Positions 9,994 to 19,990 of a stretch of DNA of 64,000 bases are shown here, piece by piece. The stretch covers positions 212,740-276,739 of the forward strand of contig CAVQUI010000006.1 in assembly GCA_963716775.1 (NCBI GenBank), read 5' to 3'. The notes under the pieces were generated by a model. It worked only from the letters and a program-made list of their open reading frames with translations. It made no database searches and was not told where the DNA came from. Numbering within the stretch: the first letter of the stretch is position 1; each line of letters starts with the position of its first letter. Source of the DNA: an uncultured delta proteobacterium (GTDB taxonomy: Bacteria; Myxococcota_A; Polyangia; Polyangiales; Houyiibacteriaceae). Made by a program: the position numbers and the translations under genes.

Positions 9994-11571
9994 ATGAAGG
10001 TATGTCCCGCCTGCAGAGTTGATTACGGCGGCGGAGAGGTGTTCTGTCCGGTCGACGCGACGCGTCTAGTCACGACGTCGCAAATGAGCGTTAGCCCGCT
10101 GGACCCGAACGATCCGTTGATCGGCAACGTGCTTGCCGGCCGCTATCTGGTGAAGTGCCGGATTGGCGAAGGCGGTATGGGTTTGGTCTATGAGGGCCTC
10201 CATCGGGACATCGACAAGCGGGTGGCGATCAAGGTTCTGCGGGACGACCTGTCGCGGAGGCCCGAGGTGGTGGCGCGCTTCCGCCAGGAAGCCAGGAGCG
10301 CATCGCGAATCGGTCATGAAAACATCGTCGACATTTTCGACTTCGGCGAGACCAGGCATGGCTCGAGCTACTTCGTCATGGAGTACCTCGAGGGCGAGGA
10401 CCTGGGTAACGTCCTTGGCAAGAAGGCCACGATCGAAGCGGAACGCGCGTGCGACATCGTGCTCCAGTGTTGCCGTGCGCTTTGCGCCACGCATGCCAAG
10501 GGCATCGTGCACCGCGACATCAAGCCCGAGAACATCTTCCTGACGAAACGCGATGGCGTCGAGGACTTCGTCAAAATCGTCGACTTCGGCATCGCGAAGA
10601 TGAGTGACATCGAAACCGACGGCGCTCCAGGGCGCAAGCTCACCAAGACCGGGATGATTTTCGGCACGCCCGAATACATGTCACCCGAGCAAGCGGGGGG
10701 TAAGGACCTCGACCACCGGGTCGACGTGTACGCGCTCGGTATCATTCTCTACGAGTGTCTCGCGGGCCGCGTGCCGTTCGAAGGCGACACCTTCATGGGG
10801 ATTCTCACCCAGCACTTGACGGCGGAGGCGCCAGGCATCGACCAGGTGAACCCCAACGCCAAGGTGAGCCCCGAGCTAGAGCTGGTGATTCGCAAGGCGC
10901 TCGCCAAGAGCCCCGACGACCGCTATCAGGACACCGAGGAGCTTGCCGAAGCTATCGCGTGCGCTCTCGATGGGCGGGTCAGCCGTGCGACTCGGCGGAC
11001 CCCACCGTCGGCGCTCGGTCTTCCGTTGATGGACGGCATCGGTGCGGTTCCGCTGCGCAAGACCTCTCCTTGGGCCTGGGCGACCGCCGCGCTGGGTGCA
11101 GCCGGCGTCGTTGCCTGGCTTGCTCTCGGATCGCTTTCCGGCCCGGGAAGCGAAGCGGAGGCCAGTGGAGGTCCGGCCGAGCAGCTTCCGGTCACGGAAA
11201 CGGAGACGCTCGCCGTGGCTGAACCGATAGTCCCGGAGGTCGAGCCGGAGCCGACCTTGGTTGACGTGCATGTGGCGAGCGATCCACAGGGGGCGCGGGT
11301 TCTCTACGAGAGCGGCTCGCAGGCATGCGCCGCGACCCCGTGCACGCTTCAGGTTGTGCCGGGAGCGCCCCTGGTGCTCGTTGCGAAGCTCGGTAAGCGG
11401 AGGGGACGGGCGGCGATCACCCCGAGCCAAGAGAAGACTATTTCGATCGAGCTCCAGGCCCCCAAGAAGCCCAGCCACAAGCCGCGCAATGCGCAGGCTC
11501 CCAAGCCCAAGCCCATGCGTCAGGCGCCAGCCCGTTCCTCGGACCTCAAGGTTCCCGAGTGGGCTCAGTGA
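9994..11571 (+). CDS. Ser/Thr protein kinase with an N-terminal zinc-ribbon, one TM helix and a C-terminal PEGA-like domain
   Basis: The 525-aa ORF shows CPACRVDYGGGEVFCPVD, GEGGMGLVY, VAIKVL, HRDIKPENIFL, DFGIAK and TPEYMSPEQ. A hydrophobic segment (WAWATAALGAAGVVAWLALG) is followed by VHVASDPQGARVLYESG. Confidence 0.85.
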   Translation: MKVCPACRVDYGGGEVFCPVDATRLVTTSQMSVSPLDPNDPLIGNVLAGRYLVKCRIGEGGMGLVYEGLHRDIDKRVAIKVLRDDLSRRPEVVARFRQEARSASRIGHENIVDIFDFGETRHGSSYFVMEYLEGEDLGNVLGKKATIEAERACDIVLQCCRALCATHAKGIVHRDIKPENIFLTKRDGVEDFVKIVDFGIAKMSDIETDGAPGRKLTKTGMIFGTPEYMSPEQAGGKDLDHRVDVYALGIILYECLAGRVPFEGDTFMGILTQHLTAEAPGIDQVNPNAKVSPELELVIRKALAKSPDDRYQDTEELAEAIACALDGRVSRATRRTPPSALGLPLMDGIGAVPLRKTSPWAWATAALGAAGVVAWLALGSLSGPGSEAEASGGPAEQLPVTETETLAVAEPIVPEVEPEPTLVDVHVASDPQGARVLYESGSQACAATPCTLQVVPGAPLVLVAKLGKRRGRAAITPSQEKTISIELQAPKKPSHKPRNAQAPKPKPMRQAPARSSDLKVPEWAQ

Positions 11572-13946
11572 GTGAAGCCGAGCACAAGACGCTAGCCGAT
11601 CTTGACTGGGACCAGCTAGAGCGCGCCGTGGCGGACCGATGTAGGGGGCCACTTGGCGACGGCCTGTCTCTGGAGCTTGCGGACTCGTTTGAGCAGACCG
11701 AGTGTGCGCTAGCCGAATCCAAAGAGGCTTGGCAGCTGCTCGTTCGAAACGAGCCGCTTCCCTTGGACGGGATTTGCGAAATCGCGGCCTCGCTGCAGCA
11801 CCTGGAGCGCGAAGGCGTGCTCGATGGGAGCGCTCTAAAAGACATACGCATGACGCTGCGTGCGTCGGCCGCGCTTCGTCGCTTTCTAAGCCAACGAAAG
11901 GACGGTGTTCCGAATCTCTATCGGGTCTGCGCGATCGATCCGACGCTCGAGGGGCTCGAAGAAGAGCTGGGCTTGTCGATAGGTGATGACGGCACGATCC
12001 TCGATTCGGCAAGCGCCGAGCTGGCCCGTCTTCGCCACGAGGCAGGCAATCTTCGCGGACGGATCATTCGGAAGCTCGAAGAGCTGATTCAGAAGCGAAG
12101 CGCCATCCTGCAGGACTCGTTCTTCACGATTCGCGAAGGCCGCTATGTGCTTCCCGTTCGCGCCGATGCGCACGAGCGTTTTCATGGCATCGTGCACGGA
12201 TCGAGCGCGAGCGGGGCAACCATATTCGTCGAGCCCCGCGAGCTGGTCGAGCGCGGCAACCGCCTCAAGATGGCGCAGGCCGAGCTCGAGCGCGAAGAGC
12301 GGAGAATCTTGGCAGCGCTGTCGGACCTGGTGCGCCAGTACGTGCCGCAGCTCCGAGCCGCAGCCGAAGCGCTCGACCATGCCGACTTGCGAAGTGCCAG
12401 CGCAAAGCTCGCAATCGATCTGCGCGCAGAGTTCGTCGAGCTGACGAAGGAGCCACGAATTTCGTTGCGAAAGGCGCGGCATCCGCTGCTCGCCTTGAGC
12501 GGACTCGACGTCGTCCCGAACGACATCGAGCTCCGGGGAGGTGAGGCTCTGGTCATCTCGGGCCCCAACGCGGGCGGTAAGACAGTCGCCCTCAAGATGC
12601 TCGGCCTGGCAGCGCTGATGACGCGCGCGGGGCTCGCCGTGCCGGTAGCGGAAGGCAGTGTCTGCGGGTTCTTCTCGCCGGTGCTCGCCGCTGTGGGCGA
12701 TGAACAGAGCCTTGCGCGCAGTCTCTCGACTTTCTCCGCCCACTTGGTCACTCTCAAGAGCGTGCTCGAACAGGCTGGTGAATCGGTGCTGGTCCTGCTC
12801 GACGAGCTTGCCGGCGCCACGGATCCCGAAGCCGGCGCTGCCTTGGCCTGCGCGATCGTGACGCGGTTGGTCGAGCGCGGAACGGCAGTCGCTGTGACGA
12901 CACACTACGAAGCCTTGAAGGCGCTCGCCGCCGAGCGCGACGAGATGCACAACGCGGCAGTAGGCTTCGACTTCGATGAAATGGCGCCGACGTTCCGCTT
13001 GCGAATGGGCGTTCCCGGCGGCTCGAACGCGCTCGAAGTGGCCCGGCGGTTCGGCATTCCTGCCGACGTGATCGATGCGGCACGAAGCGCGCTGCCGGAG
13101 CATTCACGAAGCTTCGAGACCCTCGTTGCAAAGCTGGACACGGCGACGAAGGCCGCACTCCAGGAGCAAGCCGCACTTCAGGCCGAGCGCGCCGAGCTAT
13201 CCGAGGAGAGAGCGAAGGTCGACAAGCGACGCCAAGAGCTCAAGGCGCGCGACGCGAAAGCGCTCGGCAGGGAAGCGCAGAAGTTGGTCGATGAGCTGAG
13301 GGACGTTCACGCTCGGCTCGACCAGGCCAAAAAAGCGCTTCGAGAGCGCTCGGAAGCCAAATCGGTCGCCGCGGTTTCCGAGCTTCTGAGCGAGGCAGGC
13401 GCCGTCCTCGGCGAGCTCGAGAGTCAACGTCGATCGCTAGAGCCTGAACCGGTCGAAACCTCGCAGACCCCCCTCGAATCGGTTCGAGTCGGTGATCGCG
13501 TCTGGGTCGAACGGCTTCGGAGTGTCGCAGACGTGGTCGAAGGGCCCGCTCGTGGGAAGGTCCGTGTCGCGGCAGGCATGATGAAGCTCTGGGTCGACCT
13601 GAGCGACCTCCGTGGTCTCAAGCAGGTTTCCGCGCCGGCGGGCAAAGAACGGGTGCCCGTGACCGGCACACAGTCCAAGGTGCAGCGCGCTCTGCGAACA
13701 GGTGACAACACACTCGATGTGCGTGGCCTTCGCGCAGAGGAAGCGGTTTCTCTGGCTCAGGCCTTTCTGGATCGAATGTACGGCGCCGCCGAACGGAACG
13801 CGTTCATCGTGCACGGAGTCGGCAGCGGTGCGCTTCGGAGCGCTATCCACGAGCATCTCTCGCAGGACGCTGCCTACGTCGAGGGTTTTCGCCAGGCGAC
13901 CCAGGACGAAGGCGGCCCTCAGGTCACCGTCGTCTTGTTGAAATAG
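11568..13946 (+). CDS. mutS2: Endonuclease MutS2 (MutS domain V ATPase plus C-terminal Smr domain)
   Basis: This is ORF 11559..13946. It has Walker A ISGPNAGGKTVALK, LLDELAGATDP, and the Smr tail LDVRGLRAEEA...FIVHGVGSGALR. The GTG at 11568 overlaps the kinase stop (GTGA); a GTG at 11559 is also possible. Confidence 0.85.
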   Translation: MSEAEHKTLADLDWDQLERAVADRCRGPLGDGLSLELADSFEQTECALAESKEAWQLLVRNEPLPLDGICEIAASLQHLEREGVLDGSALKDIRMTLRASAALRRFLSQRKDGVPNLYRVCAIDPTLEGLEEELGLSIGDDGTILDSASAELARLRHEAGNLRGRIIRKLEELIQKRSAILQDSFFTIREGRYVLPVRADAHERFHGIVHGSSASGATIFVEPRELVERGNRLKMAQAELEREERRILAALSDLVRQYVPQLRAAAEALDHADLRSASAKLAIDLRAEFVELTKEPRISLRKARHPLLALSGLDVVPNDIELRGGEALVISGPNAGGKTVALKMLGLAALMTRAGLAVPVAEGSVCGFFSPVLAAVGDEQSLARSLSTFSAHLVTLKSVLEQAGESVLVLLDELAGATDPEAGAALACAIVTRLVERGTAVAVTTHYEALKALAAERDEMHNAAVGFDFDEMAPTFRLRMGVPGGSNALEVARRFGIPADVIDAARSALPEHSRSFETLVAKLDTATKAALQEQAALQAERAELSEERAKVDKRRQELKARDAKALGREAQKLVDELRDVHARLDQAKKALRERSEAKSVAAVSELLSEAGAVLGELESQRRSLEPEPVETSQTPLESVRVGDRVWVERLRSVADVVEGPARGKVRVAAGMMKLWVDLSDLRGLKQVSAPAGKERVPVTGTQSKVQRALRTGDNTLDVRGLRAEEAVSLAQAFLDRMYGAAERNAFIVHGVGSGALRSAIHEHLSQDAAYVEGFRQATQDEGGPQVTVVLLK

Positions 13947-13950
13947 CGCC

Positions 13951-16161
<2,211 letters not shown>

Positions 16162-16176
16162 GGGTCGAAGGGGAGC

Positions 16177-17319
16177 TCAGCCGTTGGCCAATCGCACGGC
16201 TGATTCGCTGTCGTACTGCCCTGCACGAAACGAGTAGTCGCTGAGGACTCGCCTCAGCGCCTGCACGTTCGTCCCGAACGGCTGGACGCGCAGCTCGGCC
16301 AGCATCCTGTCCATCGACAGGAGTGCGCGGTGGCGGATTGGCTCGTAGGTAGTCAGCTTCGCAATCAGAGGACGGTCGTCCGCTGGCAGGGGCAGCCCCA
16401 CCGTGGCGGAGGATGTCGCGCGAACCCGGCCCTGCTGCGACGGCGAAACGGAGAATGAGGAGACGACCGCCTCTGGTTGATCGAGCGCGAGAATCGATGC
16501 GTCGAGGGCGTGCCCGCGGGGCTCAAGCGTCTCGAGCTCCTCGGGGATGGGTTCGCCTGATGCGATTCGAAGCTGAAGCGCGACCAAGTCCAGGCGTGTG
16601 ACCATTTCGATCAGTGTGTGATGCCGGGGAAGGCCGATCTTGACGTCCGAGACCCAGAACAGGCCGGATGGGTCGATTTGAAACCGCACCTCGAGAAGCC
16701 CTGCGTAACGAAGCTCGGCCGCCAGGCGTCGAGCGCTTTCGAAGAGCGCCATCCGAAACGCTTCACCATCGGTACGAAAGATGAGCTCGGGCGAGGGTGT
16801 CTCGTGGATCAGCGTGTGCGCGGAGCTGGAAAGGCTGCGGTCGCATTCGACGATGGCGATGGTTTCTCCGTGGGAGTCCGCCGCGACGAGGACACCGATT
16901 TCGCGGGGCCGCGACGGGTCTTCGCGGTCCTGGACGGTGCGTACCTGCGCTCTCTCGGCTGCTGCTTGGATCGTGGCCTGGTCGGCGAGGGCGCCCAGCA
17001 CGTCGAGGTCAGTGCCCACCACGGCGACATCCGCCTTCTCGGCGGCGCTCGCGAGCTCGAACATCTCGGGCTGGCCCTGGTAGCCGAGGTGCGCCGCGTC
17101 GGCGCCCGCTTGCTCGAGGATCGCCGGCAACTGCTCGGTCGGAATGCCGTCGGCCTCTTCGAAGTCGACCTCGATGCTCCGGTCTGCGGCCTCGACATGA
17201 CGGCTCGCCTGCTCGTCCTTGGGAGCTACCACAATCGACTCGACGCCCAGTCGACGGCAGGTGCGCGCGACACGGGTCGCAGCTTCTCCGCGCCGGAGGA
17301 TCAGTACTTTTTCGAACAC
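16177..17319 (-). CDS. Biotin carboxylase (AccC)-like protein lacking the ATP-grasp B-domain and Gly-rich loop; probably non-catalytic
   Basis: The 380-aa ORF has an N-terminus, KVLILRRGEAATRVARTCRRLGVESIVV, that parallels AccC [28 protein letters not shown]. The C-terminal BC region is present. However, about 70 aa that would include the GGGGRG loop are absent, and EMNTRIQVEH is replaced by SDVKIGLPRHH. Confidence 0.6.
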   Translation of the reverse strand: MFEKVLILRRGEAATRVARTCRRLGVESIVVAPKDEQASRHVEAADRSIEVDFEEADGIPTEQLPAILEQAGADAAHLGYQGQPEMFELASAAEKADVAVVGTDLDVLGALADQATIQAAAERAQVRTVQDREDPSRPREIGVLVAADSHGETIAIVECDRSLSSSAHTLIHETPSPELIFRTDGEAFRMALFESARRLAAELRYAGLLEVRFQIDPSGLFWVSDVKIGLPRHHTLIEMVTRLDLVALQLRIASGEPIPEELETLEPRGHALDASILALDQPEAVVSSFSVSPSQQGRVRATSSATVGLPLPADDRPLIAKLTTYEPIRHRALLSMDRMLAELRVQPFGTNVQALRRVLSDYSFRAGQYDSESAVRLANG

Positions 17320-17402
17320 GGGGGGAGCATAGCAACCGGCCCGCTTGGGGCACCCCGCCGCCCGACTTGACCGAGTCAGAGCTGGGAGCCAGTAGCCATG
17401 CG

Positions 17403-17846
17403 ATGCCCGTATGGATTCGCTCGCGCGCCCTGCAACAGCGCCCCGTTCGTCATGCCGATCTTCGTTGGCGCGCGGAGGTCATGCTTGCGTCCCTTGGACT
17501 GCCCGATGCAGAGCTTTCGATTCTGCTCTGCGACGATGCGACGATCCGTGAGCTCAATCGGCAGTACCGAAAGATGAACAAGGCCACCGATGTCCTGGCC
17601 TTCCCCATGCAGGAGGGGCCCGGGCCGAGGGCGCAGCCCGAGCTTCTGGGCGATATCGTGATCTCCATCCCCACCGCCAGGCGTCAGGCAGCCGAGCACG
17701 ATCGCCCAATCGTCGAGGAAGCGACGTTTTTGTTGGCGCACGGTCTCCTTCACCTCCTGGGCCATGACCACGTCAGCAAGCGGGAGGAGCGCGAAATGAC
17801 AGCGCGAACGCAGGATCTCCTAGCCTCCGTCAAAGCCGCTCGCTAA
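17403..17846 (+). CDS. ybeY: Endoribonuclease YbeY (rRNA maturation)
   Basis: This is the 3' part of ORF 16797..17846, starting from the ATG at 17403. It has ATDVLAFP and the zinc motif HGLLHLLGHDH. The upstream part of the ORF is antisense to the BC-like gene. Confidence 0.85.
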   Translation: MPVWIRSRALQQRPVRHADLRWRAEVMLASLGLPDAELSILLCDDATIRELNRQYRKMNKATDVLAFPMQEGPGPRAQPELLGDIVISIPTARRQAAEHDRPIVEEATFLLAHGLLHLLGHDHVSKREEREMTARTQDLLASVKAAR

Positions 17847-18141
17847 CCCCTCTGCCCTGTGGAAAACCGGCAGCGAACGCCCGAGATCTGAGCTCCTAAT
17901 GTTCGTGTAGCACTGCGGGTTTGGACGGTAAAGGAACGTAATTACATCGAATTTCGTTCTTCAAAGCGCGCTGTGAGAACTTGAGCGACTTGTCCCCGGA
18001 CAGCTGTGGACCGCCTGTGGGTAAGCGCCTCTGCACATCGGGTCCCGCTGCCCCCGGCCCCGTTCGCTTACAAGCCGGGATCGCTTAACCCCCAGAAATT
18101 TCTTTGCAATCACGCACAAAGACCCTTGTCAGCAAGGAAAA

Positions 18142-18184
18142 CCCCAGGCATAGATGGCGCCGTACCTGTCTGGGGCTTTCTTTT
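18142..18184 (+). terminator. Terminator-like hairpin plus U-rich tract in the leader of the HU-like gene
   Basis: CCCCAGGCA (18142-18150) pairs with TGTCTGGGG (18167-18175): 9 bp including one G.U, with a 16-nt loop. It is followed by CTTTCTTTT (18176-18184). The structure lies about 50 nt upstream of the ATG at 18234 and about 300 nt after the ybeY stop. Confidence 0.35.
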
Positions 18185-18233
18185 GGGGGCCTTTTTGAAC
18201 AAAAGGGGCAGGTCACAGAGTTAGGAGGGAACT

Positions 18234-18548
18234 ATGGTAGCGGGCAAGCGAATGACAAAGGCCCAGATCATGAGCGAACTGGCCGACAAGAGCGGCCTCA
18301 CCAAGAAGGAAATCACGAGTGTCTTCGGTGCACTGCAAGACCTCGTGAAGAAAGAGCTTGGTCGCCGTGGTCCGGGAGAGTTCGTCATTCCCGATATGAT
18401 TAAGCTCAAAGTTCGTAAGATTCCGGCGAAACCCGCTCGGATGGGACGCAATCCGGCAACCGGCGAGGAGATGATGCTTCCGCCCAAGCCTGCGTCGAAG
18501 AAGATTCGCGCAACACCTCTCAAGAAGCTCAAGGACCTCGTCCTCTGA
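18234..18548 (+). CDS. HU/IHF-family nucleoid-associated DNA-binding protein with an extended C-terminus
   Basis: The 104-aa ORF has an AGGAGGG Shine-Dalgarno 5 nt upstream. Motifs include LADKSGLTKKE and the beta-arm RMGRNPATGEEM. Confidence 0.85.
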   Translation: MVAGKRMTKAQIMSELADKSGLTKKEITSVFGALQDLVKKELGRRGPGEFVIPDMIKLKVRKIPAKPARMGRNPATGEEMMLPPKPASKKIRATPLKKLKDLVL

Positions 18549-18570
18549 GTCACTGAGACTACGAATCGAG

Positions 18571-18597
18571 AAAAAGGGGCCTCAGGGCCCCTTTTTT
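18571..18597. terminator. Bidirectional rho-independent terminator between convergent genes
   Basis: AAAAAGGGGCC-TCAG-GGCCCCTTTTTT is a perfect GC stem flanked by an A-tract and a T-tract. It starts 23 nt after the HU-like gene's stop. It lies inside the last codons of the convergent ORF. Confidence 0.7.
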
Positions 18598-19554
18598 GTT
18601 GGGCTGCTGCCTTTCCCGCCGCCAGCGGGGCGAGCTGCGCAGCCGTCCTTCTGCGTAACTCAGGATGAAACGAATCTGGTCTGCGTTTAGCTTGAACGAG
18701 ACTTGGATTCGCTCCTCTTCGGGCGCGAAGTCCATCCGCCGCAGCGTCTTTCCAAAGCCGGCCAAGGACATGATCAGCTGTTGCGAATAGAAGGTGGCGA
18801 CCCTCTTCCAGTAGACGGACGCCTCGCTTGCGAGGTCTTCGCTGGCGTACGTTGCCAAGACGGACACCGTCGCTTCGTCCGTTCCGGTTTCACGCACGGC
18901 GAGCCGAACACGGATCGGCACGTGCTTGATGTTGCCCCTCACGAAGCGGTGCAGGCCCTCGACCTCGAGAGACATCGCTTCGTCCGGTCCCATCGACAGG
19001 AGTGCGTCCGGCCCCCGCGCTACGACGAGCCCCTCCTTCCTTGCATCTCGAAGCTCGCGCGCCTTGGCCATCGCGAGGACACGCTCGAGATCTTGTCGCC
19101 GGCTGATGCTGAAGTGCTGCGGGCTCAGGAGCGCGATGGTGCGCGGAGTTTGATCGAGATTGTGCCAAGGCGCCGTGGCGACTCCATACCGTTGCCGCCA
19201 ACGCACGGTTTTGCCACGCGAGCCGGCGAGGCGTTTCACACTCTTGCGCGCAAAGCTCTCATCGCGACGGTGTCTTCCGGCGAGCACCAGCTTCGAGCGC
19301 TCCAGGTTGGGTGTGGCGACGAGCAAACGATCGAGGTCGACGACGGGATCGATTCCAGAGCCCTGGAGCAGGAGCTGCCAATCCGGAATCCCGCGCAAAA
19401 AGCTGGTGACATCCGGGGCAAGGGGCGAATCCCGAACCCGTTTCAAATCCACGCGAAGAGCCAGCTGAGCGCCGGGCGGAATGCGGGAGGGGCCGGAAAG
19501 CGTTGAGGGGGCGACGAGCTCCGGTTCGGTGAGCGAGTCGCTGTCAGGTCAGCG

Positions 19555-19612
19555 CCGTGTCCGTGTCGGTGTCCGTGTCGGTCCCGTGTCCGTATCGGTG
19601 TCGGTGTTCGGG
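19555..19612. repeat. Imperfect hexanucleotide tandem repeat (GTGTCS on the plus strand, GACACN on the coding strand) encoding (Asp-Thr)n
   Basis: The plus strand reads gtgtcc gtgtcg gtgtcc gtgtcg, then an irregular 5-nt unit, then gtgtcc gtatcg gtgtcg gtgttc. Confidence 0.8.
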
Positions 19613-19990
19613 TCCAGGGGGACGCCAGCGTCGATGGTCGACCGTTCCGAATCGCCCACCTTCGGTGCGAGGTCTCCCCACCTCGGATCGGGCGAGCCCG
19701 TCGCTTTCGGCGGAGCCTCGGCCATTGCCATCTCGCCGGTGAGACCGAATTCCACTTCGGTGGGTAGCGTGAGCTCGAAGTCGAAGTCGTACTGGGTGGT
19801 GGCGCTTGCGAGGTAGGCGAGGGCGGCTAGGTGCACCGTGAGGGACGCCACGAGTCCGAACGTCGTGGAAAGAGCTTCGACGTGTTGACCCGTGCGCATC
19901 CTAATGACAGTTCGTAGCAGACCGAGGCTGTGCAGCGCACACGACGACCACTGATGGACCTGAGTTGCGTTCTTTTCAGGCGCTCTTCCT

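Larger units (their letters stand above)
18559..19899 (-). pseudogene. Membrane-anchored protein of unknown function with an Asp-Thr repeat linker; the reading frame is interrupted (in-frame TGA at 19549-19551, or two compensating 1-nt indels)
   Basis: ORFs 19549..20115 (real start probably the ATG at 19899, MRTGQHV...) and 18559..19452 are in the same frame, separated only by one TGA. The N-terminus has a TM helix (FGLVASLTVHLAALAYLA), then YDFDFELTLPTEVEFGL, then the DT repeat, then a C-terminal domain of about 330 aa with no family I recognise. Confidence 0.5.

Noticed and set aside
16797-17846. The 349-aa ORF as an extended YbeY
   Set aside because: Only the last 147 aa are YbeY-like. 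The upstream 200 aa are antisense to the biotin-carboxylase-like gene and are Arg/Pro-rich. The ATG at 17403 gives the normal YbeY length.
18006-18403. Small ORFs 18006..18224 and 18104..18403 in the ybeY-HU intergenic region
   Set aside because: They have no Shine-Dalgarno and an atypical composition. They overlap the predicted leader structures and the HU gene itself, and are more likely non-coding.
19549-19551. The in-frame TGA as selenocysteine or programmed read-through
   Set aside because: I see no SECIS-like hairpin in the roughly 40 nt downstream. The codon lies in a low-complexity linker, not at a redox motif. A two-indel explanation restores a perfect Asp-Thr repeat.
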